NCBI GenBank assembly: GCA_016185805.1
Contig: JACPMW010000045.1
Coordinates: 1-38,369, forward strand
Reading direction: 5' to 3'
Origin: Candidatus Woesearchaeota archaeon
GTDB lineage: Archaea > Nanobdellota > Nanobdellia > Woesearchaeales > GW2011-AR4
Length of the DNA: 38,369 nt
Position 1 is the stretch's first letter, and each line of letters opens with the position of its first letter. The notes beneath the pieces are model-generated. The model saw only the letters and a program-made list of their open reading frames with translations. It was not told the origin of the DNA and made no database searches. Made by a program: the position numbers and the translations under genes. Positions 1 through 9,179 of the stretch are shown here, piece by piece.

Positions 1-3000
1 TTCTTCACATGCCTTTTCAGCCATTCGTTCCAGTCGAAAAATATCCTCTTTGAATCCAAAGTCCCGATTTCTTCCCTTATCCGCTCTGATATCTTGTGGA
101 ACTGGTCATTGCTTTGTATTACAAAATCTGCCTCCAACAATCCCATGTTGTTTGTCTTGTTCGCAAAATCAACCAATGCTTCCTTTGTTTTTGCACGCAG
201 CAGTATGTTGTCCCATACAGCATCCCAGTTGCCTGCCCATTCTTTCACATTTCCTGCAATTGCCTTAAGGATTTCAGAATCTCCATTAATTAAATCCTCG
301 CTTGTCTCAAGCTCATCTTTTTTTGAATCATACTTCATCAAATCAACAAAACCTTTCTCCACAAGAGGGTCCTGCTCCCAATGCTTCCTGACCTCTGTTA
401 TTTGGGTCACTCTTCTCCACCTGTGCAATCCATCGGCGCTTCTTACAGGATTTGCAACGACAACAACGTCTGTTGCCTTGAAGCTTGTCCTTGGCACTCC
501 CAAGTCATTTACAACCCTGTCAAACACCCCGTAAGGAGAATCTCCGTGGATTGTGCCTGCAACCACATTTGCCAAAGCTCCAACCCTCATGGCTTCATAC
601 AATGCAAGCGCCTCCTTGCTCCTTATTTCCCCAATTATCAGGGCAGAATCCCCCATCCTTAATGTTGTCCTTATTCCCTCGTCTGCAGGCACCTCGCTTG
701 TGCCTTTTGACAAAGCAGCAGCAACTTTCATTGATTGAATGTTATATCCCAATTTTCTTAGCGAGTTTGTCGGCAATTCAAGAGTATTATGGGCAATTAT
801 ATTTTCACATACAAAACTCTCACATTCAGGAACGGAAATATCATATACAAAATCCTCAAAATTTTCGATAAGCTCTATTGATTCAATCTCGTCCCAAAAT
901 ACATCTGAATTTGCAAGAGATTTCAAATTATTTCTTAACTTACTTTCTGGCATCAATTCAACAATTTGGGTTAATTTTGTTCTTCCAACATTGTTGTTTC
1001 TGATTATGTAATCATGATATTTAAAATCATTATATTCTTTGAGAATGTTCTTTTTGGTTTCCAATCCCAGAGGTATGACATCAGAGCTATCGTGCGTGCT
1101 TTTCTTGCTGCAAAGCTTTTTTAGGACAGATGCCTTGTAATGTTGCAAAAATCCTATATTTTCATGGAATCTAATAAAATCTTTTAAGGTGCTTATACTA
1201 GCATTATAAGTCCCATCTTTTCTGAGTTTTCTGATTCTGAGATTAATTCCATAAAGAGAAAGCAGGAATTGCACGTCTTTTAACAGATTAATTGATGAAA
1301 GCGGTATGACAATCTCTTTGTCTGTTGCACATCCATCTCCTGAAAATAGCCCTTTCAAGATTTGTGCTATCTGTTCTTTTGAAAGATTAAAGACCCATTC
1401 TGGAATCCTTTTTGTATAAGCATTTCCATCCAGATTTAAGCATTCTTTCATTAAAATCTTTAATGGCTTGGAATTTATCATATAAGAAACTTTATCGGAA
1501 TGAATTTTTCTCTTTAAGTTGAATACCTTAGCCACATCATCAAATATTTCCCTGTCTTCAGCATCATTGCAGGATATTATAACACTGTTTTTATCGTAGC
1601 ATCCATCAGCTATCCATAGGCCTATGAAAGTGAGGAATTCCTCATTAAGCTCGATATTTATCGGAATTTTTGTTATGCTATTGTTATAGGAGAAATAAGC
1701 GTCATTCCCTACCTTGATTCTTTGATTTATCAAAGATAAAAGCACTTGCTGCGGTAGCAAGCCTTTTCTAAACCAATTTGTAGCAGCTTCTTTGCTATAA
1801 CCCAATTCTTTTCTTAAGTATATAATATCTTTTTTATTTTCCAAAAGCACTTTTTTGATGGAATTTCCGCAAAAGAATGTGTTTGGAATCCTAACTAACT
1901 GCTCTAGCAAATTCAACCTGTGGATGGGCTTATTGTCAATATTGACTAATCTGGAAGCAGCTATGAAACTTCCCTCTTTTAATTCATTGGCTTTGGTCTC
2001 AACTATATTTGCATCTTTATCAAGCCCGAAAAGAGAGTGGTCACCTGTTACTTTTATAGTCCTTCCAGTTCTAGTTCTTATTTTGTAAATTGGTTTTTTT
2101 ACTTTATGCCTGATGAATTTGCTTACTGCTGATAATTTTATTTTTCCTTGCTTGTCCATTGCAAATACTTTTATGTTTTCAGGGTTGCCAGTAACTTCAT
2201 GCTCCGTAAGGTTATACCACTTTCCATATTTGTTGATTAATTCATCAATCAAAGAGCCTATTGTAGTTCTTTCAATTTTGCCATTTCTTTGGATTATAAT
2301 GCTGGAATCTCCCGTTACACTATCCTCTATCGTTATCACTCTATATTTTCTCATCAATTCAACTAAAACAGCCCCAAGCAGGCTTGTTTTTCCGGCACTT
2401 CTTGTCCCTGCAATCAGCATGCTTCTTGCACCATCAATCAAAAAGCTCATGATGCCGGCTGCCATTGGGTTGATCATCTTGTTTTGTATGAACAATGGCA
2501 AAGTCCATGGCTTGTCCCTATGCCTTCTGAAAGCAAATGCCAGCCCGCTCGGGTTTAATGGGGGTGCTACAACAGCAATTCTTGAATTTGCTCCTGGAAT
2601 TGTCAATTCTGTATCAAGGATTGGATTTGCCTCATCTAATGGCCTTCCGGAAATCAGCCTCAGCTTGGATGCCCATGAATCCGCCTCCGGAGATGTCGGC
2701 ACTATGTTTGTGACGCAGTCAGCATAATCCTGATGGACAATGAACATCGGGGTTTCCCCCAATGGGGAATTTATAGTTATGTCCTGCACTCTTTCATCCT
2801 GCAAAAGCACCTCAATCAGTCCAAAGCCAACGGTGTACCTTACAAGTATTTTCGTCATCTCATCTATCTCTGCAGAGCTCAATCTTAAATTCCTGTAATT
2901 GACAAGCTCCTCTATCAAATCAGAGCCGATATTGTAGAAGACCTGCCTCATCCTTTCAGGATCGATAAATTCCTGCCTTGTTGGCTTGTGCTCCGCCATT

Positions 3001-3815
3001 ATTTTCCTGGCTGTGTCAAGGATTTCGTATTTTTCCTCGCTCAGCTTGAATTCCGGGGGTATTAAATGGTAGAGATACTGCACATTGTCCGGCAATTCAA
3101 AAATTGTCACCTCTGTATTTTTGTCAATCTCGTAGCTGTCAATTTCCTCGCCTTCAGCCGGAAAGGTTGCCATCAGTTTCGTAAACATGAAATCCGGCCT
3201 TATATCTGGAGTGAATATCCTCCTGTAAACAGAGCGCTCATTAAGCTTGTACCCTGACAGATATTGCTTTGCCGCGTCTATTAATTTTGTTTTTTCAAGC
3301 AACGCCATCAAATAGCTTAAAATTGCAATGTATTTCTTTGCACAATTTATGTAATTCTGGTCAAGCGTCCTGTCAATCCTTATTCTCTCGTCCCTTGCAG
3401 TTCTTTTCAGCTCAACATAAGCTCCTATTGGATCCCTTTTCAGCATGTCTGCTGTAAGATTTTGCAATGAGGCGTACCACTGCGCAGCCCATTTAGTGCA
3501 TTTTGGGTCAGCAAGCAGGTTTGCATACCCGATAACATCCCTCCTCTTTGTCAGCTGGGAATATAGCTTCGCAATCTCCTGCATCATCATGGTTTGGCTG
3601 TAGTCATACTCATAATTCCTTTTTTGTGTATACACTATTTTTGTTACTCCTGTAGTTTCAGCCAGAATGTCCATGGTCCTTGACATGCACACAGGGTCGT
3701 CTTCCAGCGATGGGGTGTGCTGGTATTGCTCCAAATCAATCATAAGTATAGTTTCATCACCCTCCCTCAAAATGTCATAGGAGAATGGTTTTTTAGTCTC
3801 TCCAAATAACGCCAT
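1..3815 (-). CDS. Type II/IV secretion system ATPase (VirB11/TadA/FlaI-like) with in-frame intein; 3' end runs off the window
   Basis: Manually translated from ATG 3815 (MALFGETKKPFSYD...), open to position 1. Walker A GTRSAGKT, Asp box TIED|TLEL split by the intein, Walker B IIGEIR, His box GTIHGDS. Not in the ORF track. Confidence 0.92.
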   Translation of the reverse strand, partial: MALFGETKKPFSYDILREGDETILMIDLEQYQHTPSLEDDPVCMSRTMDILAETTGVTKIVYTQKRNYEYDYSQTMMMQEIAKLYSQLTKRRDVIGYANLLADPKCTKWAAQWYASLQNLTADMLKRDPIGAYVELKRTARDERIRIDRTLDQNYINCAKKYIAILSYLMALLEKTKLIDAAKQYLSGYKLNERSVYRRIFTPDIRPDFMFTKLMATFPAEGEEIDSYEIDKNTEVTIFELPDNVQYLYHLIPPEFKLSEEKYEILDTARKIMAEHKPTRQEFIDPERMRQVFYNIGSDLIEELVNYRNLRLSSAEIDEMTKILVRYTVGFGLIEVLLQDERVQDITINSPLGETPMFIVHQDYADCVTNIVPTSPEADSWASKLRLISGRPLDEANPILDTELTIPGANSRIAVVAPPLNPSGLAFAFRRHRDKPWTLPLFIQNKMINPMAAGIMSFLIDGARSMLIAGTRSAGKTSLLGAVLVELMRKYRVITIEDSVTGDSSIIIQRNGKIERTTIGSLIDELINKYGKWYNLTEHEVTGNPENIKVFAMDKQGKIKLSAVSKFIRHKVKKPIYKIRTRTGRTIKVTGDHSLFGLDKDANIVETKANELKEGSFIAASRLVNIDNKPIHRLNLLEQLVRIPNTFFCGNSIKKVLLENKKDIIYLRKELGYSKEAATNWFRKGLLPQQVLLSLINQRIKVGNDAYFSYNNSITKIPINIELNEEFLTFIGLWIADGCYDKNSVIISCNDAEDREIFDDVAKVFNLKRKIHSDKVSYMINSKPLKILMKECLNLDGNAYTKRIPEWVFNLSKEQIAQILKGLFSGDGCATDKEIVIPLSSINLLKDVQFLLSLYGINLRIRKLRKDGTYNASISTLKDFIRFHENIGFLQHYKASVLKKLCSKKSTHDSSDVIPLGLETKKNILKEYNDFKYHDYIIRNNNVGRTKLTQIVELMPESKLRNNLKSLANSDVFWDEIESIELIENFEDFVYDISVPECESFVCENIIAHNTLELPTNSLRKLGYNIQSMKVAAALSKGTSEVPADEGIRTTLRMGDSALIIGEIRSKEALALYEAMRVGALANVVAGTIHGDSPYGVFDRVVNDLGVPRTSFKATDVVVVANPVRSADGLHRWRRVTQITEVRKHWEQDPLVEKGFVDLMKYDSKKDELETSEDLINGDSEILKAIAGNVKEWAGNWDAVWDNILLRAKTKEALVDFANKTNNMGLLEADFVIQSNDQFHKISERIREEIGTLDSKRIFFDWNEWLKRHVK
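786..2321 (-). mobile_element. Intein with LAGLIDADG homing endonuclease (512 aa)
   Basis: Starts SVTGDSSII after TIED. Block B VTGDHSLF, endonuclease motifs FIGLWIADGC and ILKGLFSGDGC, block F/G VYDISVPECESFVCENIIAHN followed by +1 Thr (TLEL). Confidence 0.93.
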
Positions 3816-3958
3816 TACTTCTTGGCCTCCTTTTTAAGCAAGTGAAGCGCAATCTCTATCAAATGCGACTTGTTCCTGTACTTTTCCCTGTTCTGCAGCT
3901 CTTTTTCAATCCAATTGACTAGCTCTTCATCAATCGTAGCGCTGATTGGCTTTTTCAT
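3815..3958 (-). CDS. Ribbon-helix-helix (CopG/MetJ-like) DNA-binding protein, 47 aa
   Basis: MKKPISATIDEELVNWIEKELQNREKYRNKSHLIEIALHLLKKEAKK has a beta strand plus two helices with NKSHLIE. Its stop overlaps the ATPase start (TAATG). Too short for the ORF track. Confidence 0.8.
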   Translation of the reverse strand: MKKPISATIDEELVNWIEKELQNREKYRNKSHLIEIALHLLKKEAKK

Positions 3959-4047
3959 CAAGCAGTATATTATAAAATATATTTTATATTTTTTCTATAG
4001 TTTATGTTAGTTTATAATATAATAGGTATTTAAAGATTGCTATAATT

Positions 4048-4326
4048 TTATTTCAAAAATAAGTATTTCACAGCCATTGTCGCAATAAAGAACAATGTGA
4101 CTCTAAATCCCCAAATAGTTATATGATAATTTCTAAGGGATTCTCCACCAAACTTTATAACAACTAATTCAGCTAGCACTGTAAGAACTATGCTTAAGAA
4201 TATAGCTGTACCCCATTCGGAAACAAAATTCATAACTTTTTGTCCTGCCCCTAATAATGCTAGAATAACTAATACTGCAATAAATATCTGTAAAAAAGTT
4301 TTAATTCTTCTATCTCCATTACTCAT
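4048..4326 (-). CDS. Small membrane protein (3 predicted TM segments)
   Basis: 92-aa ORF with hydrophobic stretches, starting right after the lipoprotein stop; AT-rich. Confidence 0.6.
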   Translation of the reverse strand: MSNGDRRIKTFLQIFIAVLVILALLGAGQKVMNFVSEWGTAIFLSIVLTVLAELVVIKFGGESLRNYHITIWGFRVTLFFIATMAVKYLFLK

Positions 4327-4327
4327 T

Positions 4328-5137
4328 TTAAGTCAATCCTCGACAATTAGCGTCTATTTTTTCGATAGAATCTTTAATATATAATCTAAATGACCCATAG
4401 TGGTCTCCTGCCCATTCACCAAAACTCATAGTAAACTTTTCCACTCTAATCCTAAACCACCAATAAACGTTATATAGAGCAAGCCCAAAACATTTATTTC
4501 CACAAAAATCTTTAAGTTTATAAATCTTTAATACGCCATTCAATTCTCCTATTTTTGGAAAGATTGCACTATGGATGTAGCTGCCTTGAACTAGAAAAAC
4601 ATCGGTTGCTAATGCAAATGCAGAAATATAAAATTTACCAACAGAATTCTGGTCATTTTTGTTAACTAACTTTGATTTTTCAATTAAGTTATTATATGGT
4701 TCTATCAAAGGGGTATATTTTTGTACTTTATCTACAACATTATCAAACTCTTCTGGGCTAACATCCATTAATTGAAATTGTGTTCCTATGTTCTCATTTA
4801 TGATTCCAATCACATAATTTACATTATCTTGAAATTTTACAAATTTTTCATAATTTTCAAACGTTGTTGCATCAACTTTCTCAAAATTACCTATCTTTGA
4901 AGACAAAGTTACTGCTAAGTTTCTTGAAGTCTCATTAAGGTTAAAATTAAAATCGTGTTCATAAAAAAAGTTGGAAGTTAGTAAATATAAATCACAGGAT
5001 TTGTCTTTTAATTCCGTTAATGTATTATTTCCTATAGTTGTTACAGTATCAACACTTTTTTGTACTTTTTCTTTCTGTTCGGGTGTACATCCTAATAGGA
5101 ATAATATAAATATCAAAAACCATACTTTATTTTTCAT
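4328..5137 (-). CDS. Hypothetical lipoprotein
   Basis: N-terminal MKNKVWFLIFILFLLGC lipobox-like signal; 269 aa; AT-rich relative to flanks. Confidence 0.7.
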   Translation of the reverse strand: MKNKVWFLIFILFLLGCTPEQKEKVQKSVDTVTTIGNNTLTELKDKSCDLYLLTSNFFYEHDFNFNLNETSRNLAVTLSSKIGNFEKVDATTFENYEKFVKFQDNVNYVIGIINENIGTQFQLMDVSPEEFDNVVDKVQKYTPLIEPYNNLIEKSKLVNKNDQNSVGKFYISAFALATDVFLVQGSYIHSAIFPKIGELNGVLKIYKLKDFCGNKCFGLALYNVYWWFRIRVEKFTMSFGEWAGDHYGSFRLYIKDSIEKIDANCRGLT

Positions 5138-5558
5138 TTTTTGTAAATTGGAATATTAGATATAACCACATTCCATACTTGTTTAATCATTTAAACTGGT
5201 TTATATCTGTATCAAAATAAGTATAGGCTATAACTATAAATGAGTTTTCTGGTTCTGTCGTCAATATTTTTGGCTCAATGGTTAAGTATCTGGGGTACAG
5301 ACTTGAATTCCTCATCTGTGCCATTAAATATTACATTATAATTATTTTAAGTAAGTAACTTGGATTATTTTGGGTAATATAATTCCAGTAGGTCTTAGTT
5401 CAACCCTAACAAATTCATTAGGCAAAAAAGCCTCTTTTTATCGTATTAACCAACTCCCCCAAATATAACTCTGAAACTCTTTTATTTAAACTTTTCCCAT
5501 TCAAGCCAAATAACAAACTTTAAATAAATCAATAAAGATATTGTCAAAAAAAGAGGTT

Positions 5559-6029
5559 ATGATGGAAGTTCCGCAGTCTACTTTGCCGCCACCGCCAAAA
5601 AAGCACCAAGGCCTGAAATTTGGGCATCCGCAGCAGCAACAGCAGGAAATGCCTGATGCCGGCAGCATGAATTCTGACATAAACGCATTGAGCAGGCGCT
5701 TAAGGCTTCTCGAGGAAGGCTTCACAAATTTGAGAAGGTTCTTTCAGGTGACTGAGGAGAACATGATAGCAAAGAACAAGCACTTCTCTGCTGAAATCAA
5801 GACAATGTCATCCGATATCATTGAGACAAGGAAGGAAATCCAGGAAACAAGAGACAAATTGATGCTTGTGATAAGGGAATTGCAGACAGTAGCAAGAAAA
5901 GAGGAAGTCAAGGTGCTTGAAAAATACATCAATCTCTGGAACCCCATCAAATTTGTCACTCAAAATGAAGTTGACCAGATAATCAGCGAAATTCTCGAGA
6001 AAAGGAACCAAGCAAAAAAAGAGGGCTAA
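5559..6029 (+). CDS. Hypothetical coiled-coil protein
   Basis: Pro/Gln-rich N-terminus followed by heptad-like helices. TATA TTTAAATA near 5519 and GAGGT favour an ATG at 5559 or 5562 over TTG 5541. Confidence 0.75.
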   Translation: MMEVPQSTLPPPPKKHQGLKFGHPQQQQQEMPDAGSMNSDINALSRRLRLLEEGFTNLRRFFQVTEENMIAKNKHFSAEIKTMSSDIIETRKEIQETRDKLMLVIRELQTVARKEEVKVLEKYINLWNPIKFVTQNEVDQIISEILEKRNQAKKEG

Positions 6030-6085
6030 TAGAAAGTTTTAAATATGCTATAGAAAGTGGAACACCAAAAGAGAGGTGCTTTCAG

Positions 6086-6775
6086 ATGGCTTTCTTTAAG
6101 TTTGGAAAGAAGAAAAAAGAGGACTTGGAAATGCAGATGCCTTCTCCTGAAATGCAGGCCCCTCCCCAAGCTCCAACTTCCCCAATTGAACAAGTTCTAA
6201 TGATGAAGCAGCAGGGCTACACAAATAACCAGATTGTGCAGACCTTGCAGAGCCAAGGCTATAACACCAACCAGATATTTGACGCAATCAACCAGGCCGG
6301 CTTGAGCGGCGGCTTTGAGGCAGCGCCAGAGCAGCCACAGGAAACCGGAATGCAGGACTATGGGCAGAATTATGAGCAGCCTTATCAGCAGCAGCAATAC
6401 CAATTTCAAGCTCCTGAAATAAAAGCGCCTGCCTCAATAGATGAAGAGAGGATCCAAGAAGTTGCAGAAGCCATAATTGACGAAAAATGGGAAGCCCTTG
6501 CAAAGGACATAAAGAAAGTAATTGAATGGAAGGAAAGCAGCGAAAACAGGCTTGCAAAACTTGAGCAGCAGCTCATTGATTTGAGGTTAAGCATAGATTC
6601 CCTGACAAAAAGCATGATGGCAAAAGTTTCTGCATACGACCAGAACATTGTCGATGTCGGCACAGAGGTAAAAGCAATGGAAAAGGTATTTCAAAAAGTG
6701 CTTCCAAGCCTCACGGAAAGTGTCAATAAGCTGGACAGGATGGCAAAAGGTGTTAAGGAGCCGCAGAAGAAATGA
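6086..6775 (+). CDS. Hypothetical protein (Gln/Pro-rich linker plus C-terminal coiled coil)
   Basis: 229 aa, SD GAGGTG, upstream TTTAAATA. Confidence 0.8.
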   Translation: MAFFKFGKKKKEDLEMQMPSPEMQAPPQAPTSPIEQVLMMKQQGYTNNQIVQTLQSQGYNTNQIFDAINQAGLSGGFEAAPEQPQETGMQDYGQNYEQPYQQQQYQFQAPEIKAPASIDEERIQEVAEAIIDEKWEALAKDIKKVIEWKESSENRLAKLEQQLIDLRLSIDSLTKSMMAKVSAYDQNIVDVGTEVKAMEKVFQKVLPSLTESVNKLDRMAKGVKEPQKK

Positions 6776-6777
6776 GT

Positions 6778-7140
6778 TTATTGAAGAACTACATCTTTCA
6801 CAAATGTTTCTAGTGTCTTAAGTTCTATTGTGCAGGCAGAATCAGTAAGAATATCCATCCTTGCCCGGACTAATTCCGACTTATCAGAATCATCATAAAG
6901 AATTCTGTAATTGACTTTTGACAATACTGCTCCGGCGTTACCAATGTAATATAGGCCTTCGCCCATTGAAATTACTTTTTGCTCCGTGCCTGTTTGGACT
7001 TTTACATATTCAGCAAGCAAACCCATAATCTCCTGAGCTTGAGTAGGGCTATCGTTTCCAAAGTGAATTATCAATCTGGGTTTTCCATTGGCACTGCCCG
7101 GGATATACCTCACTCTGGATTTCAAAATTCCATCAGGCAA
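6778..7140 (-). CDS. Orphan hypothetical protein
   Basis: 120-aa ORF (TTG start) filling the gap between convergent genes. Confidence 0.5.
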   Translation of the reverse strand: MPDGILKSRVRYIPGSANGKPRLIIHFGNDSPTQAQEIMGLLAEYVKVQTGTEQKVISMGEGLYYIGNAGAVLSKVNYRILYDDSDKSELVRARMDILTDSACTIELKTLETFVKDVVLQ

Positions 7141-7179
7141 TCTTAATTCAGCGATTTAGCTCCACCAAAAAACTTAAAG

Positions 7180-7677
7180 CTATCCCCTGCTGGCAAGCAG
7201 TGCGATCGTAAAAATAGCGATTGCAAATATCAATACTGTGCCAAGAAAAGTTGGGTGGAAAATAAGGTTTACTGTCTTTGAAAGGTCTGTTTGTGTTTCA
7301 GATGGCACATTTACCTGCTCTCTTATCTTTACTCCTGCAGCAATCACAACTATAATGACAATGAACACTATAAAAACTCCTTTCAGGGCTGGAAATGCAT
7401 CAGCTCCTGCCCCAAACATGTGGGATGCAACTGATATCAGCACCACAAACAGGAAGATAACAGCTATAAAAGGGGCAATGTCTGCCACTATGCTTGTCGC
7501 CACAGGCGATATAAGCACAAAAATCGCAAGCAGAAGCCCAATAAGCGCATGAATGAATTTGTTGTCCCCCAAAACCTTCACCCATGAGAACACCGCAAAT
7601 ACTACAAGCCAAACAAAAAGGAAAACAAAAATGCTCGAGAAATGCTCCAAGCCTGTCACGTCAAGAAATGTTGCCAT
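7180..7677 (-). CDS. Multi-pass membrane protein, paralog 3
   Basis: About 5 TM segments. FVFLFVWLVVFAVFSWVKVLG-DNKFIHALI is a diverged copy of the motif in the two upstream genes. Confidence 0.8.
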   Translation of the reverse strand: MATFLDVTGLEHFSSIFVFLFVWLVVFAVFSWVKVLGDNKFIHALIGLLLAIFVLISPVATSIVADIAPFIAVIFLFVVLISVASHMFGAGADAFPALKGVFIVFIVIIVVIAAGVKIREQVNVPSETQTDLSKTVNLIFHPTFLGTVLIFAIAIFTIALLASRG

Positions 7678-7695
7678 TTTTATAGGTATATCCAG

Positions 7696-8301
7696 CTACT
7701 TCTTTCCACCAAAAAGCCTTTCAAAATCAAATCCCATCCTGCGCGCTATGCCAACCCCTTCTTTCTCCTTTGAGTCGCTTGTAATCCACGCAATAATCAG
7801 CCCAAACACAACTAGCATTATGAAAATTGCCACGCCCTCTGTTCCAAAGAAATTTTCTAAAGTGGTGCCAAACCCAGAGTCCCACCAACCTGCGGATCCT
7901 CCAAAGATTAAAACTATTGTTATCAATGAGACAAGCGTAATCCATCCCGGCATCGTAACCCCTAAAAACACATATTCTTGGCCAAAAACGCCTATCAATA
8001 TAAGCAAAAATATAACAGCAACTAAAACAATTGAAACCTGAGGCAATGCATCATTTATTATTAGCACAGGGTCAGAATCCGCAGGAAATCTCCCAGTAAC
8101 GTGAGGAATGACGACTAGCAGCGCAACAACAATCCCGATAATGACATTGAGATTTTTCCTTGCCTCACCAAGAATTTTGGTTTTTTGCAGTATTGCGTAA
8201 ACAATTACAAAAATAAGCAGGAATGGGAGCATTACATCTGTCAAGCCCCAGCTTTCCAATGTCCTTACAAAGCCTTCAAGCTTCAAAGCCTCAGCAGCCA
8301 T
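7696..8301 (-). CDS. Multi-pass membrane protein, paralog 2
   Basis: GLTDVMLPFLLIFVIVYAILQKTKILG...KNLNVII motif; SD GAGGTG. Confidence 0.85.
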   Translation of the reverse strand: MAAEALKLEGFVRTLESWGLTDVMLPFLLIFVIVYAILQKTKILGEARKNLNVIIGIVVALLVVIPHVTGRFPADSDPVLIINDALPQVSIVLVAVIFLLILIGVFGQEYVFLGVTMPGWITLVSLITIVLIFGGSAGWWDSGFGTTLENFFGTEGVAIFIMLVVFGLIIAWITSDSKEKEGVGIARRMGFDFERLFGGKK

Positions 8302-8347
8302 TTAGCACCTCTTTAATCAAATTCATTTTGATATTACTATTTAAATC

Positions 8348-8905
8348 TTATGAATGTTTTGCCGGTGCGGATTCCTTTGTGGCATATATGATGAACAGCA
8401 CTATCAATGCCAGCAGCACTATTGAGCCAGCCAGCTCGTCTCCTCCGGTACCTGTAAAGTCAAAAACCCTTTCAAGCCATGTCCTCCCGTCAGGGCTTTT
8501 GATGGCGTCCAGGAAAATCCCGACTATTGATATAAAGACTATCACCATGAATACAACCTTCCAGCCCCCTTCAAGGAATACGGGCTCGCCTTCCTTATAA
8601 AATGACCCTACCAGCATTAGGAACAAAACCGAAAGGAACAGCACAATAACGGCATTTGCTGAAACTGTAGTTATTATCTCAACCAGTTGGGAAGACGCAA
8701 CAACCAAAAAAGCTATTACAAAGGCTGCAATCGCATTGAGGTTCTTCTTTGTGTATTTCTTGCCGTCAATATCCTCTGTCCCCAGAACCTTTGTCTTTTC
8801 CAGTATTGCAAAAACAATAGTGAAGACAAGAAGGAAGGGCAGCACAACATCAAATAAGCCAATGCTGTCAAAGAACTCTATCACTTCCCTGAAAGGAGTA
8901 GCCAT
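8348..8905 (-). CDS. Multi-pass membrane protein, paralog 1
   Basis: GLFDVVLPFLLVFTIVFAILEKTKVLG...KNLNAIA motif; upstream TTTAAATA. Confidence 0.85.
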   Translation of the reverse strand: MATPFREVIEFFDSIGLFDVVLPFLLVFTIVFAILEKTKVLGTEDIDGKKYTKKNLNAIAAFVIAFLVVASSQLVEIITTVSANAVIVLFLSVLFLMLVGSFYKEGEPVFLEGGWKVVFMVIVFISIVGIFLDAIKSPDGRTWLERVFDFTGTGGDELAGSIVLLALIVLFIIYATKESAPAKHS

Positions 8906-8994
8906 AAGTTTCCACGCTTAAAATGAATATTTAAATGTTTTGGTTTAAGGGTTATGAATATTTGCAATATTGAATAAAGTTTCAATCACGTTTT

Positions 8995-9097
8995 AGACCC
9001 ATGCAATGTATGCTATAATTGGTGCCCTCAATATAGCATTTAGGAGCACAAGCGGGTCACCTCAAACGCATTGCTTATAGAGGTCGTTCTCGGGTTT
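8995..9097. ncRNA. Candidate structured intergenic element
   Basis: GC-richer patch in an AT-rich spacer with several complementary segments (see findings). No family recognised. Confidence 0.3.
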
Positions 9098-9179
9098 GAT
9101 ATTTTTACAATATTATCTAAAAGTTAATCATAAAATACAATCAAAAACCTTTATAAACAAAACAATCAACTTAAACTAT

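Noticed and set aside
50-3457. Numerous plus-strand ORFs in the track
   Set aside because: They are antisense shadows of the long minus-strand ATPase/intein frame, which has clear motifs.
5186-5430. Short minus-strand frames upstream of the lipoprotein
   Set aside because: Under 50 aa, interrupted by stops, with no recognisable motif.
9096-9179. N-terminal extension of the translin ORF
   Set aside because: It overlaps the TATA box; Met at 9180 fits better.
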